From Octopus bimaculoides (Eukaryota): DNA of 58,915 nt. Below the pieces are notes generated by a model, which ran no database searches, was not told the origin of the DNA, and worked only from the letters and a program-made list of their open reading frames with translations. The DNA lies in contig NC_068982.1 in the NCBI RefSeq assembly GCF_001194135.2, positions 188,876,950 through 188,935,864 on the forward strand, in the 5' to 3' direction. Positions 1-11,800 of the stretch are shown one piece after another; positions within the stretch are counted from its first letter, which is position 1, and each line of letters starts with the position of its first letter. The position numbers and the translations under genes were made by a program.

Positions 1-150
1 GAAAAGGAGATGCCAATTAAAGTGGTGTGAGGTAGGTGGGAAGAGAAAAAGAATAATTGCTTTTTATAAAGTCATGCCATTATCACAGAAGATTAATGTA
101 AAACAATATATATATATATATATACACGTGTGTGTGTATACATGCACAAA

Positions 151-356
151 GATGGCAAACTGGCATAAACATTAGCATGCTGGGCGTGGTATTTTGTCTG
201 TCTTTACGTTCTGAGTTCAAATTTAGCCGAGGTCGACTTTGCCTTTCATCCTTTCAGGGTCGATAAATTAAGTACCAGTTGCATACTGGAGTCGGTCTAA
301 TCGACTGGCTCCCTCCCCAAAAATTTCGGGCTTTATGCCTAGAGTAGAAGTGAATA
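151..356 (+). mobile_element. SINE family B (tRNA-like head, Meta-domain-like core)
   Basis: A-box-like TGGCATAAAC and B-box-like GAGTTCAAAT, then core GGTCGACTTTGCCTTTCATCCTTTCAGGGTCGATAAATTAAGTACCAG, which recurs more than 15 times in the window. Confidence 0.85.
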
Positions 357-357
357 T

Positions 358-655
358 ATCATCATCATCGTTTAACGTCCGCTTTCCATGCTGGCATGGG
401 TTAGACAGTTCAACTGGGGTCTGGCAAGCCAGGAGGCTGCACCAGGCTCCAATTTGATCTGGCAAAGTTTCTACAGCTGGATGGCCTTCCTAATGCCAAC
501 CACTTCGCGAGTGTAGTGGGTGTTTTTTAAGTGCCACTGGCACAGGGGCCAGAGAAGGCTGGCATCAACCACGATCAGATGGTGCTTTTTACATGCCACC
601 GGCAAGGGGACCACAACTACAATTTCCATTTGATTGTGATTTCATTTCATTTTGA
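358..655 (-). mobile_element. Family E: 5'-truncated RTE-type retroposon 3' end
   Basis: Reverse complement ends ...CATGCCAGCATGGAAAGCGGACGTTAAACGATGATG; contains GTTGGCATTAGGAAGG motif; about 20 copies in window. Confidence 0.75.
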
Positions 656-678
656 TGTCATATATGTATAGATATATA

Positions 679-830
679 CAGTAGAACTTCGCATTATGAG
701 TGCCCCATTGTACAAGTAACTTGCTGTACGAGCGGAGACTCGTGTGAATTTTTGTCTCAAGGTACGAGCAGAAATTCGCAGTACGAGTAGAAATCTGCAG
801 TACAAGCACACAAATCGTCCCATGTTTAAG
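679..830. mobile_element. pogo/Tigger-like DNA transposon terminus
   Basis: TA|CAGTAGAACTTCG start followed by repeated GTACGAG/GTACAAG subterminal motifs; no matching opposite end seen. Confidence 0.5.
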
Positions 831-2783
831 GTTATTCAGTTGTTTGGGTGTTCAATATTCTAGCTTTTTATAACATTTAGTCAAACTTCTAGAACTTTTG
901 ACAAAACTATTTGGTAGGGAAATTCATAAAATTTACTTTTAAGTCTACCATTTATTTGCTAAAACACCACCTAATCTGATTCATGGAACCATATTCATGT
1001 AGGTGTTAATGCTTTTTATGGCACTATAATTAGGAAACTGTCCTAAGCTGGGGAATTTGAATGAGTCAGTTGTTCATTGATCAAACAATTGAACACAGGC
1101 ATGTGGCAATTCTGATTGAGGTCCATTTATTATTGTTATTGTTATTATTAATTTTTAGTTCTAATGGGTGCCCTCACGCCTTCCTCCAAGATGCAGTATG
1201 CTGAACCAAGAAGGGAGCTGGTTTAGTCACTGATGACCTGACCATGACTGACAGGATCAGGAGTACATGGTTACCCATTGTCTCCAGGAAGAGACCTCAG
1301 GGTACAGGAGCGCTGACCTTGTCCCTCGCCACACCAAACTAAGACCCTAACAATGGAACAAGCAGAGAAAGATAGATTTCCGAACTCAACGATTGATCCT
1401 TGCAGAAGAGGGCAATGTCAGACGGACTGGTTAGAAAGGTGCAGCTCTAATAACATTGGAGCTAGCAGCATTCCATTGCTACCCATCTTCCAGACCCCAC
1501 GTTACTCCAGGTAGTGCCACAGCAGAAGAATTTGGGGTCATAATGCATGGGGGCCCCCTTGGCAAAGAGATCTCCACCGTAAACAAACTCACACCATTGG
1601 CCGGTTTCTTTTTGATCTACCCCCCCTTTTTTTACAAAAGCCTAACGGTAATGGGGTAAGGATGGTGGGAGAAGGTTTTGGTGAAACTAGAAGCTCCTAG
1701 TCAGGACCTGCATGCTGGCGGCAGATGCAAGATGGTTGCCTTCCTGAGACCTGGTGAAACCCAGGGACTTGGTCCTACATCTGTGACTAGGCAGGCCTAT
1801 TTGGGAACACTGCTGCTCACCCTGAATGTGGGGGGAGGCCCTATTATTATTATTATTATTATTATGGTAGTGGACTGGAATTCCTTTTGGCTCTTTTTGT
1901 TCAGATTTAAACAAAACGAATTTTTCATCTGTATAACTCCTCCCAGGACTACTCTTTCATTTACTCTCACTCTCCCTTTTCCTCTTCTGTTTCTATGATC
2001 CTTTTTCTCTCACTGTAAAGTGTACCTCTATTCATTGCCTGCCACCAAGCCTAGTATGTGCACCCATTCTGCACCTTTCATGTCGACACTCTGTCTGTCT
2101 GTCTCTCTCTCTCTCTCTCCCTACATCATGTAAAGTACAATTGGAGAAATCAACAAACCAGCCAATCAATTATAGTGGCTATCATCATCATCATCATCAT
2201 CATTATCGTCGTTGTTGTTGCTGTTGTAGCGTTTATCGATCACACAGTTAAATCATTTAAGTAAAAGTAGCTTTCAGCCGAGACACTACAAAGGAGAGCA
2301 AGAGTTTGATAACAAAAGGACCAACCATTTATTGTTCATACTCGAGCATGTGTNNNNNNNNNNNNNNNNNNNNNNNNNNNNNNNNNNNNNNNNNNNNNNN
2401 NNNNNNNNNNNNNNNNNNNNNNNNNNNNNNNNNNNNNNNNNNNNNNNNNNNNNNNNNNNNNNNNNNNNNNNNNNNNNNNNNNNNNNNNNNNNNNNNNNNN
2501 NNNNNNNNNNNNNNNNNNNNNNNNNNNNNNNNNNNNNNNNNNNNNNNNNNNNNNNNNNNNNNNNNNNNNNNNNNNNNNNNNNNNNNNNNNNNNNNNNNNN
2601 NNNNNNNNNNNNNNNNNNNNNNNNNNNNNNNNNNNNNNNNNNNNNNNNNNNNNNNNNNNNNNNNNNNNNNNNNNNNNNNNNNNNNNNNNNNNNNNNNNNN
2701 NNNNNNNNNNNNNNNNNNNNNNNNNNNNNNNNNNNNNNNNNNNNNNNNNNNNNNNNNNNNNNNNNNNNNNNNNNNNNNNNNNN

Positions 2784-3080
2784 TTTTGTTGAACTGTTAA
2801 GTTACGGGGATGTAAACACACCAGCACCAGTTGTGAAGTGGTGGTGGTGGTGATGTTGGTAGGAGGACAAGCACAGACATAAAAGAAGGAATACATTCAA
2901 ACACACACACAAATACGGGGGGGGGGGCTTATTTTCAGTTTCCGTCTACCAAATCCACTCACAAGGCTTTGGTCGACCTGAAGCTATAGTAGAAGACACT
3001 TGCTCAAGGTGACACACAGTGAGACTGAACCTGGAACCATGTGGTTGGGAAGCAAGCTACTTACCACACAGCCACACCTG
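2784..3080 (-). mobile_element. SINE family A (tRNA-like head, CORE-like segment, microsatellite, tail), cut by gap
   Basis: Reverse complement of GGCTGTGTGGTAAGTAGCTTGCTT...GGTTCAGTC...CACCTTGAGCAAGTGTCTTCTACTATAGC. Confidence 0.85.
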
Positions 3081-3397
3081 CCGGTCCTTTTCATTTTTTG
3101 TTTACATTTTTTAATATTTATCAATTTCCTTCAAACATACAAGTAGAACCCACACTCATCAAATGACCATACATTCACGCCAAGGAGTCATCACTACTCA
3201 TTAGAATTAGATAGAAATAAAAAAAAGAACAAGTTGTCAACATTAAAATTGCAGTCCACGAAAGACCAAAAAAAAAAAAGAGATGGCTATTACGGAGACT
3301 ATTTCTGGCACAAATACAAACCAAGAATCGAAGATTTGTTGTAGAAATTTCCAAGGAAAATATTTGAGCCAAAGAATTATAGTAATGTACATAACAT

Positions 3398-3453
<56 letters not shown>

Positions 3454-3455
3454 GT

Positions 3456-3902
3456 AATTATAAATAAGGGCAAGAAGAAAAATGTTTTCTTTGCTAATAT
3501 GCTAAAAATAGATGCTAAATCATCTAACCACGTAAAATATTTTCACTTGTATTATTTCCTGACTACACTTGTGCCGAAGCTTGCTACAGAATTGGAGATA
3601 TTTGGGGTACTTAAACGAATACATGACTTTGCATCTGCTTTCCCGTGGGTTTGTTTAAGTATTTCATTTAGTTTCTTTTAGTGTTCCTCACTGATGAAGG
3701 AAGAATCCTTTTTGGATTAATCCAGAAATCAGAACCGATTCAGGGATAACTATATTTCTATGAATTTCTGTTAGCTTGCTTTCTTCGTTTCGGCACGTGG
3801 TCTAATAATATAAGTGGAAATATTTCATGTGGTTAGACGATTTAGCATCTAGTTTTCAGCATATTGGCAAAGAAAATTTTTTATTTGCTCTTATTTATAA
3901 TT
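3456..3902. mobile_element. Foldback element 1 (about 125-bp imperfect inverted arms)
   Basis: TTGCTAATATGCTAAAAATAGATGCTAAATCATCTAACCACG (from 3491) matches the reverse complement of about 3812-3870; arms extend to 3456 and 3902. Confidence 0.8.
3681..3750 (+). ncRNA. Degenerate hammerhead-ribozyme-like motif
   Basis: CTGATGA 3691-3697; stem II GGA..AATCC/GGATT..TCC; GAAA 3725-3728; stem III ATC/GAT then T; A.A mismatch at base of stem II and poor stem I. Confidence 0.4.
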
Positions 3903-4234
3903 GTATAATTTTCACCTTAAAAGGTATTTTTTATATGCTGGCCACTGATAAAATTTTTTAATAAAATGTTATCCTTATATTAGAAGTAAATGTATGTATA
4001 TACTTTAGCTGCTTTCTCGTATACAAGCAAAAGCCATTGCTAGAAAGAGTCACAGAAATGAGTCATTGTTGATGCAATGTGAGGCCTTTGTACGACTCTT
4101 GAGCCTGGCCAAAAGTTTGCACATTCTATTGCATAATGCACAGCTGTGCTGGCTGGCAGAAGGACCAGGTGCCAATGGCCCTCATGTGGTTACATTTCTG
4201 AAGTGACTGGAAGTATGTACACATACATGTGATG

Positions 4235-4520
4235 GCATGTGACCTAGGAGATAGAGTATTTTACCCATAATCGCTAGATCATCGGTTGGATTCCAGGCAT
4301 TGTGTTTCTTCAAGAAAACACTTCATTTAAAGTTGCCCCAGTCCATTCAGCTGCAAATGGGTCACACTCTGTGATGGACTAGCCTTACCATCAGGGCGAA
4401 TGCTGGCCTTTTCTCTCCTAGCCATCATAGTGGCATCATTCAAAAGCGAAAATGATGCAAAGGGCATTGTGACCAGTGTAATATAACGACATCTGAGAGT
4501 CTGGTTGATACTGTGATAGC
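4235..4520 (+). mobile_element. SINE family C-like (V-domain-like core)
   Basis: B-box-like GGTTGGATTCC then GTGTTTCTTCAAGAAAACACTT...GTTGCCCCAGTCCATTCAGCTG. Confidence 0.55.
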
Positions 4521-5261
4521 ATGATACACACACACACACTAATAGACACACATACATATAGCTTTATATATACATGTGTGTGTGTGTGTATTCATAGAAA
4601 CACACACTTGCACACACAGACATGCAAATATATTTACACATCGCAGAGTCAGAGATTCCCACAAACCTGTGCGCAAAGACATGCATTTCACGATACATTA
4701 CAGACTGTTCATGCATGCGTGCATTTGTGCAATGAATGCATAAAGACATGAACATCTGATTTCTTTGTGCAGTCATTTCACAGATTGTGCACTTCTATAC
4801 ATGTCACAATCCTTATTTCCTCTTTTACACACACACATATACAGATAGAGATTTGCAGTGTATACAGCAGCGTGAAGACTGGTTGTCGTCTCTGCTGCAC
4901 ATCCGCATATGCCTCTGTTCATTGCTGCACAAAGACTCACGAGTTATTCGTTGAATAATAAATCGACGACAATAGAATGAAGATGAAAAGGAAGGAAAAT
5001 TGAAATGCTCCCAGTCTGTTATTTAAGATGGAAGCAAGGAGGCAGAGACAGAAGGATGCGAGGACAGGAGGATGCAAACAGTCTCTGCCTGGGTCCACAC
5101 TTCATTCAGAGCTGATTACAGACCAATGGAGTCTGCAATTGTTGTCCTTTTGATTGAAGGAGATGATTGAATGCCAGAAAGAAAAACAAAAGAAAGGCTC
5201 AACAGACGAAATGACGCTCTGCTATGCAATGTCTCTTTACTGAAAGTTAGTTACAACAATT

Positions 5262-5556
5262 GATGCAGCAATGGTTGAGTAGGTCAGGAGTTCAATTCCC
5301 GGCAATGCGTTGTGTCCTTGAGCAAGACACTTTATTTCATGTTGCTCCAGTTCACACACCTGGCAAAAATGAGTTGTACTTGTAATTCAAAAGGGGCCAG
5401 TCTTGTCACATTGTGTACCACACTGAATCTCCCCGAGAACTATGTTAAAGGTATGCGTTTCTGTGGAGTACTCAGCCACATGCATATTAATTTCATGAAC
5501 AAGTTGTTCTGTTGATTGAATCTACTGGAACCCTCATCGTTGTAACCGAAGGAGTT
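5262..5556 (+). mobile_element. SINE family C (V-domain-like core)
   Basis: GAGTTCAATTCC B box then GTGTCCTTGAGCAAGACACTT...GTTGCTCCAG; related copies at 42.75-43.46 kb and 46.8 kb. Confidence 0.75.
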
Positions 5557-6449
5557 TCAGTTTTTTAAATGTTGACTAATTGCAATTGTTGTTGATGTTT
5601 AACACCAGGTCAAGGTTGACTGAGCAAACTTATCATCAAAGCCATTCTAAATATGACCATCTAGGACTGCATTATCTCATGTGCCCTTCTCATTTAAAGA
5701 TGGTAAGGTGTGTAATTTGTGGGAAACCTGCTTACTGTTTTTAGCAGTTAGAGCCTCCATGTAGAGGCTTCTTTTGTTGGATCAAATTATTGTGACTGAT
5801 GGTATCGTTGTTTAACCCTAAGTTAACAGAGACTGGTCAAAAGTATTCTAACCATGACCATCCAGTGTTTTCAGAAAATTTGGAACTATATTATACATCG
5901 TGTCATATCTTTTTTAGGTTTGTGGAATTTGAGTTGAGGGAGATTTGGCTTCCATTTCTTGCATAACAGCTGTCCCAGCAGCTGATAGTAGGAATCTTGA
6001 GGAAGTGTGATACTATATAATGCCCATGGTACCCTGTACTTAGTGTACTGCGTAATATTCAGGGTACCCTATACCAGGAGTGATGTTATGTAATGTTTAG
6101 GGTCCCCTGTTTTTGGAACTCATTTCTTCAGATATTCTCAGAAGATTTAGTCTCATTTCTGAAAGCTACATGAACCAAACTGCAGAGCTTAGAATTATGT
6201 ATTTCTCACAGAACCAAAATTCACCCACACCCACAGTGGTTTTGAAAACAGGATCTGTACCTTACTCAATCCAGTTGTTGTTCTGCTGTTTAATTAACCG
6301 TCATTCTTCAAACAAAATGGTCTCACATTGAGAAGACATAGAGGGCAGTTTTACGTCAGATCAGTGGTTCTTAACCAGGGTCGATCTGACAACCCTTGGT
6401 GGGTGGGGTCAACAACTGGGATCTACATAAGACTTTCTTGTTAAAAATT

Positions 6450-6780
6450 TATGTACACGGAGTGGTTGGCATTAGGAAGGGTATCCAGCTGTAGAAACTC
6501 TACCAGATCAGATTGGAGCTTGGTGCAGCCATCCGGTTCACCAGTCCTCAGTCAAATCGTCCAACCCATATACATACACACATCTCATCATCATCATTTA
6601 ATGTCCATCTTCCATGCTAGCAAGGGTGGGATGGTACCACAAGAACCAGCCAGGCAGAAGCCTGCACCAGACTTCTGTAACTGTTTTGGCAAGATTTTTA
6701 CACCTGAATGCCCTTCCAAACACCAACCACTCAGCAGAGAGGACTTAGTGCTTTTTACGTAGCACAAGCACAGGTGAGGT
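6450..6780. mobile_element. Two short family E fragments, tail to tail
   Basis: Plus-strand copy 6450-6570 and minus-strand copy 6585-6780 meet at a (CAT)n tract. Confidence 0.65.
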
Positions 6781-6813
6781 GAGTAGTGCTTACCTTGTGT
6801 GTGTGTGTATTGC

Positions 6814-7020
6814 TTTCAAATTTTGACACAAGGCCAGCAATTTTGAGGAGGGGGCTACATCAATTACATCAACCCCCAGTGCATAACTGGTACTTATTTT
6901 ATCAACCCTGAAAGGATGAAAGGCAAAGTCAACCCTGGAAGAATTTGAACTTAAAAAGTAAAGTTTAAAAGAAATACCAACAATCATTTCTTCCAGCACC
7001 ATTTTTGCCAGTTTTCCACC
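6814..7020 (-). mobile_element. SINE family B
   Basis: CTGGTACTTATTTTATCAACCCTGAAAGGATGAAAGGCAAAGTCAACC is the reverse complement of the B core. Confidence 0.8.
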
Positions 7021-8000
7021 TTTTTATATATTCCTCTGTATACATTCCTTAATCGGTGAACTCTTTAGTACAAGAATCAGAATACGAGAGAATAAAAGAC
7101 ATCTTCAGGGAAGACATTAGTAAACTGGAGAAATGACAAAATCCATAATTATTGTTAACTTGTACACTATCTGTGAGAAGTGATACATTGGCACCATATT
7201 AAACCGAAATGGATTATACAAACCTAATTATTAGATTACATATTCTTAGAAAGTTAATCCTCTTAAATCACCAGCTTTCAGCAATTAATAGATTTCTTAA
7301 TATTGTAATTGTTATTATTATTATTATCATTTTGACATTTTTGTTATACAAAGTGTCACTTCTATAATGGCGGTCGTAATGTAATTATATTTTGTGTCCT
7401 GGTGGGCGTTTCTGTGTGAACACATCTACAAATGTGCGTGCATGTGTGTGTGTCACTGTTGCATGAATTGGTCAGAATTTGTCGATGCAGATTTTCTATA
7501 GCCAGATGCCCTCCCTGGTGCCAACCTTCACCTGTTTCCAAACAGGGCACCATTTCCCCATGGCCAGGTGTCTCTTCCACAGGAGACTGGGAACCAAAGA
7601 CTTTGCTTGTATGACAGGGAGTCTCATTTACAAATAGGAATGCAATGTCAACACAAACACACACACACACACGCACATATACAATGGGCTTCTTTCAGTT
7701 TCTCTCTTTCAAATCCACTCACAATGCCTTGGTAGGCCCAGGGCTATAATAGAACACATTTGCCCAAGGTACCACACAATCAGACTGAACCTTGAACCCT
7801 GTGTGTGTATATATATGTGTGAGTGTTTATGTAGATTTGTGCATACATTTATGCATGTGTACACATATTTGTCTAAGTATACACAGTTGTGTGTATACCT
7901 GTTTATATAAATACATATGTATGTTGTTAGGCATGTGTGTAAGTCATAATCGCTTAATGTCAGTCTTCAATGCTAGTATGGGTTGGCTAGTTTGACAAAC

Positions 8001-8043
<43 letters not shown>

Positions 8044-8963
8044 TACACCAGCATGGAAGGTAGATGTTAAATGTTGATGATGATGATATATAAAATTTTT
8101 AAATCAAGAAGATAAAAAGAAGAGGCTTTAGTTATAAATTTTGAATACATTAACAGATTCTTCTACGTATATCCAACAAAAGGAGTGATCCTGCTGTATG
8201 ATGGCATATGGTAGCTGTTAACTGTAGAAGAGCTTTGAAATGCATGTTATGAGGTTATTATTAACCACATGATATTAAATATATATCTTTATCTACTTGT
8301 ACATGTGCAAGCTTGGATTTAACTGCATATATGAATTTGTATGTTGTAACCTATGCACATATATATATATATATATATATACATACATAATAATATATAA
8401 ATATATGCATATATACATACATATATGTACATACCTACATATATATGTATATATACATGCATATATGGGTACAGGACATAAAAAAAAACATGAACAAATG
8501 AGAAACGAGAACATAAAAAACAAAAACATAGAAAATGAACATTTTCATGGTAGGTAGTGGGGCTCCAAAAAGGGTCTCAGGGAGTAGCATCCCTGAGCTA
8601 GTTTTCCACCACATTTCTTAAAAATTGTGGTAGAGGCCTTGGTCTCGGAACCACTCATGTCTAGAAACTGAGGTTGGGGTTAAGCAAGGACATGCTATGG
8701 CATGGAGGTAGATTTAAGCATGCATCATCTAAATCTATATTCACATGTGGTATGCCTTTGAAAAACTGTGTGAAGTATGGATACATATATGTACATATGA
8801 GTGTATGCGTGAAAAAAAATATATATATAAATAAACATATTTAAGGAGTTTCATTATAGCTATAAAAATATATCATAAAGAAGTATTAAAAATAATGGAG
8901 AAAAAATATAGAATCAGAAATAGATTTCTTATAATTATTAAACTTTCTTGATGTTCTTCAAGA

Positions 8964-9077
8964 GATTCCCCATACTGATGAGAATGACAATGCATAAATT
9001 TAATTATAATTACTATGATTAAATTTTTTTTCTTACACATTTGCATTGTTTTTCGAAACGTACCTATGCGTTGAATC
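8964..9077 (+). ncRNA. Type I hammerhead ribozyme, probably decayed
   Basis: CTGATGA 8975-8981; stem II 8982-8994 with 9042-9054 (12 of 13 pairs); GAAA 9055-9058; near-palindrome ACGTACCT then A; stem I GATTC/GAATC. Confidence 0.7.
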
Positions 9078-9106
9078 CAGTTTTGTAATAAATCTGTTTT
9101 CTCCAT

Positions 9107-9471
9107 TGGCTGTGTGGTAAGTAGCTTGTTTACTATCCAGATGGTTCCGGGTTCAGTCCCATTGCGTGGCACCTTGGGAAAGTGTCTTCTACTATAGCAT
9201 CGGGCTGCCCAAAGCCTTGTGAGTGGATTTGGTAGACGGAAACTGAAAGAAGCCCGTCGTATATATATATATATATGTGTGTGTGTGTGCTTGTCCCCAC
9301 CAACAACCGATGCTAGTGAATTTACATCCCCGTAACTTAGAGGTTCGGCAAAAGAGACCGATAGAATAAGTACCAGGCTAACAAAGAATAAGTCCTGGGG
9401 TCAATCTGTTCAACTAAAGGTGGTGCTCCAGCATGGCCACAGTCAAATGACTGAAACAAGCAAAAGAATAA
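9107..9471 (+). mobile_element. SINE family A, near full length
   Basis: Head, CORE-like segment, (TA)(TG)n, tail ending GGTGCTCCAGCATGGCCACAGTCAAATGACTGAAACAAG. Confidence 0.9.
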
Positions 9472-9839
9472 AATAATACACTTGTTTATGCTATATTTTT
9501 ATAATGAAACTCCTCAAATATTATTTTCATATTCTTATTACTTGGCTGTTTTTTATGAATCTTTATTAGAAATCCTTTTTTCCTCTCTTTCTGGATCCCC
9601 CAAAAAGTTGGAATGGTTCTTTTTGAATTCATTTTTTCTCTTCAACCCATGCCAGCATAGAAAACGGACACCAAACGACAACGATGATGATGATGATAAA
9701 CATATATATATATGCCTGAATATGTAAATTTATACATGGATATAGTGCAATATGCGTACAGCTATACAAGTGTATATGTTTGCATATGCTTTTATACATA
9801 TCTTTGTATATAATTATTACTATGTCTGGGTATGCAGTA

Positions 9840-9881
<42 letters not shown>

Positions 9882-10199
9882 AGTATCCATCTCTATATTT
9901 CTATTTACATTCAATTAACTATTCTCAATGTTTTCCTTCAATTAACAGCAGGCATATGGAGAGATTCTTTAAAACAGTTGAATAGTCTACACACTGCCAC
10001 AGATATTGGTTTATAGTCATCATTGTTATTATTATTATTAATATTATTATTGTTGTTGTTGTTGTTGTTATTCCCCAGTGTTTTGTGAACTCTTAGAAGT
10101 GGTCAATAAAGAAAAGATTCTTCTTACCATTATTATTATTATTATTATCATTATTATTATTATTATCTCTTTATTAATCCACACAGACAAGGACCCTCA

Positions 10200-10720
10200 T
10201 CATCATCAGCAGCATTTAATGTCCGTTTTCAATGCTGGCATGGGTTAGATGGTTTGACAGGAGTCAGTAAGACCAGGAGCTGTACCAGGTTCCATTGTCT
10301 GTTTCTCCAGTTGGATACCCTTCCTAATGCCAACCACCTAACAGTCTACTGGGTGCTTTTTAAGTGTCACCAGCACCACCAGGGGCCACCAAGCAACCTG
10401 CAAGACAAAGAACCTCTCGGCTTAGTAGTACTAAAGTGGTGGGTGGCTTTGTGTTAGTTGAGAGATTAAAGGTAAAGAGGGACACAGATAGGTGCCTTGC
10501 TGTAGGTAGATGGACAGCCCAGATGGAAGAGAAAGGAGAGTGAGTCTGAGAGTAAGGAGATTTGGTGAGTCTGAGAGTAAGATAAAGAGGGAAATGATGA
10601 GAGAGAGAGAGGGTGGCAAAGATGTGTCAAGCGTAGAAACCAAGCCAAGGTAACCAGTGGAACCTGGTGCAGTCCTGTCAAACCATTCAACCATTCAACC
10701 AGCAGGGAAAATGGGACATT
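10200..10720. mobile_element. Family E fragments
   Basis: CATTTAATGTCCGTTTTCAATGCTGGCATGGG (minus-strand copy) and a short plus-strand end near 10640-10720. Confidence 0.6.
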
Positions 10721-10789
10721 AAACAGTATCATTATTATTATTATTATCATTATTCTTCTTCTTAACACTATTGTAGAGACATAGAGACA

Positions 10790-11080
10790 CATAGCCCCAA
10801 AGGTTAGTGTATTTATCTGATGAGCATGTCATGGGTTCAATTCCTGGACTGGGTAGTGCATTGTGTCTTTGAGCAAGGCACTTCATTTCCTATTGTTCCA
10901 ACAATGATAAACATTAGTCAAGTGTCGGTGCTGCCCTCTCACGCACCATCTAACACATCCTGGATGTGGCAGCTGGGTTACATTTGGAAGGGCCAACAAG
11001 GCAGGTATTTGATTCTGTCTGAAGACAGTCTAAAAGGAGGTATCTTACAGATTTCTCCTTCATGTACAATTTTGTAACCG
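10790..11080 (+). mobile_element. SINE with V-domain-like core
   Basis: GGGTTCAATTCC B box then GTGTCTTTGAGCAAGGCACTT. Confidence 0.6.
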
Positions 11081-11311
11081 AAACAGAGAATCAAATATCT
11101 GTGTATATAACTATATACAATTATCTTTATAGTTCAGACTGTCTATATAATAACTGTATATGATTATTTATATAGCTTAGACAGTCTGTGTAACTATAAA
11201 GAATTATACCTCACACAAATATAACATCTACATACAACTTTGAAGTACTGTGCTTTCAGAGGACCCAGCTTGGATTATAACCCCAGCTATTTGATAGATT
11301 ATCGTACGTAC

Positions 11312-11414
11312 TTATATAGACTGTCTGAGCTATAGAGAAAAGTGTATAGAGTTATATAGACTGTCTGAGCTATAGAGAAAAGTGTATAGGATTATATAGA
11401 CTGTCTGAGCTATA
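11312..11414. repeat. 40-bp tandem repeat, about 2.5 copies
   Basis: Unit TTATATAGACTGTCTGAGCTATAGAGAAAAGTGTATAGAG at 11312, 11352 and 11392. Confidence 0.95.
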
Positions 11415-11466
11415 TAGATAATATAGTTTTTTTGTGGGGTGGGTTAATGGTAAGGTCATTTTCTGC

Positions 11467-11668
11467 TGTGTCTGGTAACAGTCATTCTCTTTTAGTACCA
11501 TGCCTTATTTTTTGACACACACACTGGTAAAGTTTCCACTCATTTACTTACAGATTTTTTTCCTAAAATTTTCGTTGCATCTTGCAACCTTTTCAATAGT
11601 CATTTACTTTACCGGTGAGTGTGTTAAATTATAAGGCACCAAAAGAGAACGACTCTCCCCAGACCACA
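11467..11668. mobile_element. Foldback element 3 (about 65-bp imperfect arms)
   Basis: TTTGACACACACACTGGTAAAGT versus ACTTTACCGGTGAGTGTGTTAAA; CAGTCATTCTCTTTTAGT versus CCAAAAGAGAACGACT. Confidence 0.65.
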
Positions 11669-11764
11669 ACAAAATATGCTTCAACACACAAACTCATATA
11701 AAGAATCTTGCAAACCAAATCCAAAAACTAAAGGTCGTTTCCATTTTCTTTTAAATAGAAAAAC

Positions 11765-11800
<36 letters not shown>

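Larger units (their letters stand above)
8837..9521. mobile_element. Foldback element 2, right arm interrupted by SINE-A
   Basis: ATATTTAAGGAGTTTCATTATA (8837) versus TATAATGAAACTCCTCAAATAT (to 9521); AATGGAGAAAAA versus TTTTCTCCATT just before the SINE. Confidence 0.7.

Noticed and set aside
3780-3800. Minus-strand CCGAAACG as a fourth hammerhead
   Set aside because: No CTGANGA upstream on that strand
4204-4206. In-frame TGA as possible selenocysteine
   Set aside because: No SECIS-like element identified and the exon itself is unproven
4843-4958. Cys-rich short frames on both strands
   Set aside because: No consistent splice pair and no recognisable domain
7060-7135. Short frame VQESEYERIKDIFREDISKLEK
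   Set aside because: Stop-bounded, weak donor, no homology I can recognise
8157-8195. 39-nt exon candidate ILLRISNKRSDPA
   Set aside because: Weak acceptor, too short, no recognisable family
9034-9095. Minus-strand exon candidate DLLQNWIQRIGTFRKTMQM with GTAAGA donor
   Set aside because: Purine-rich acceptor, and better explained as the antisense of the hammerhead in foldback element 2
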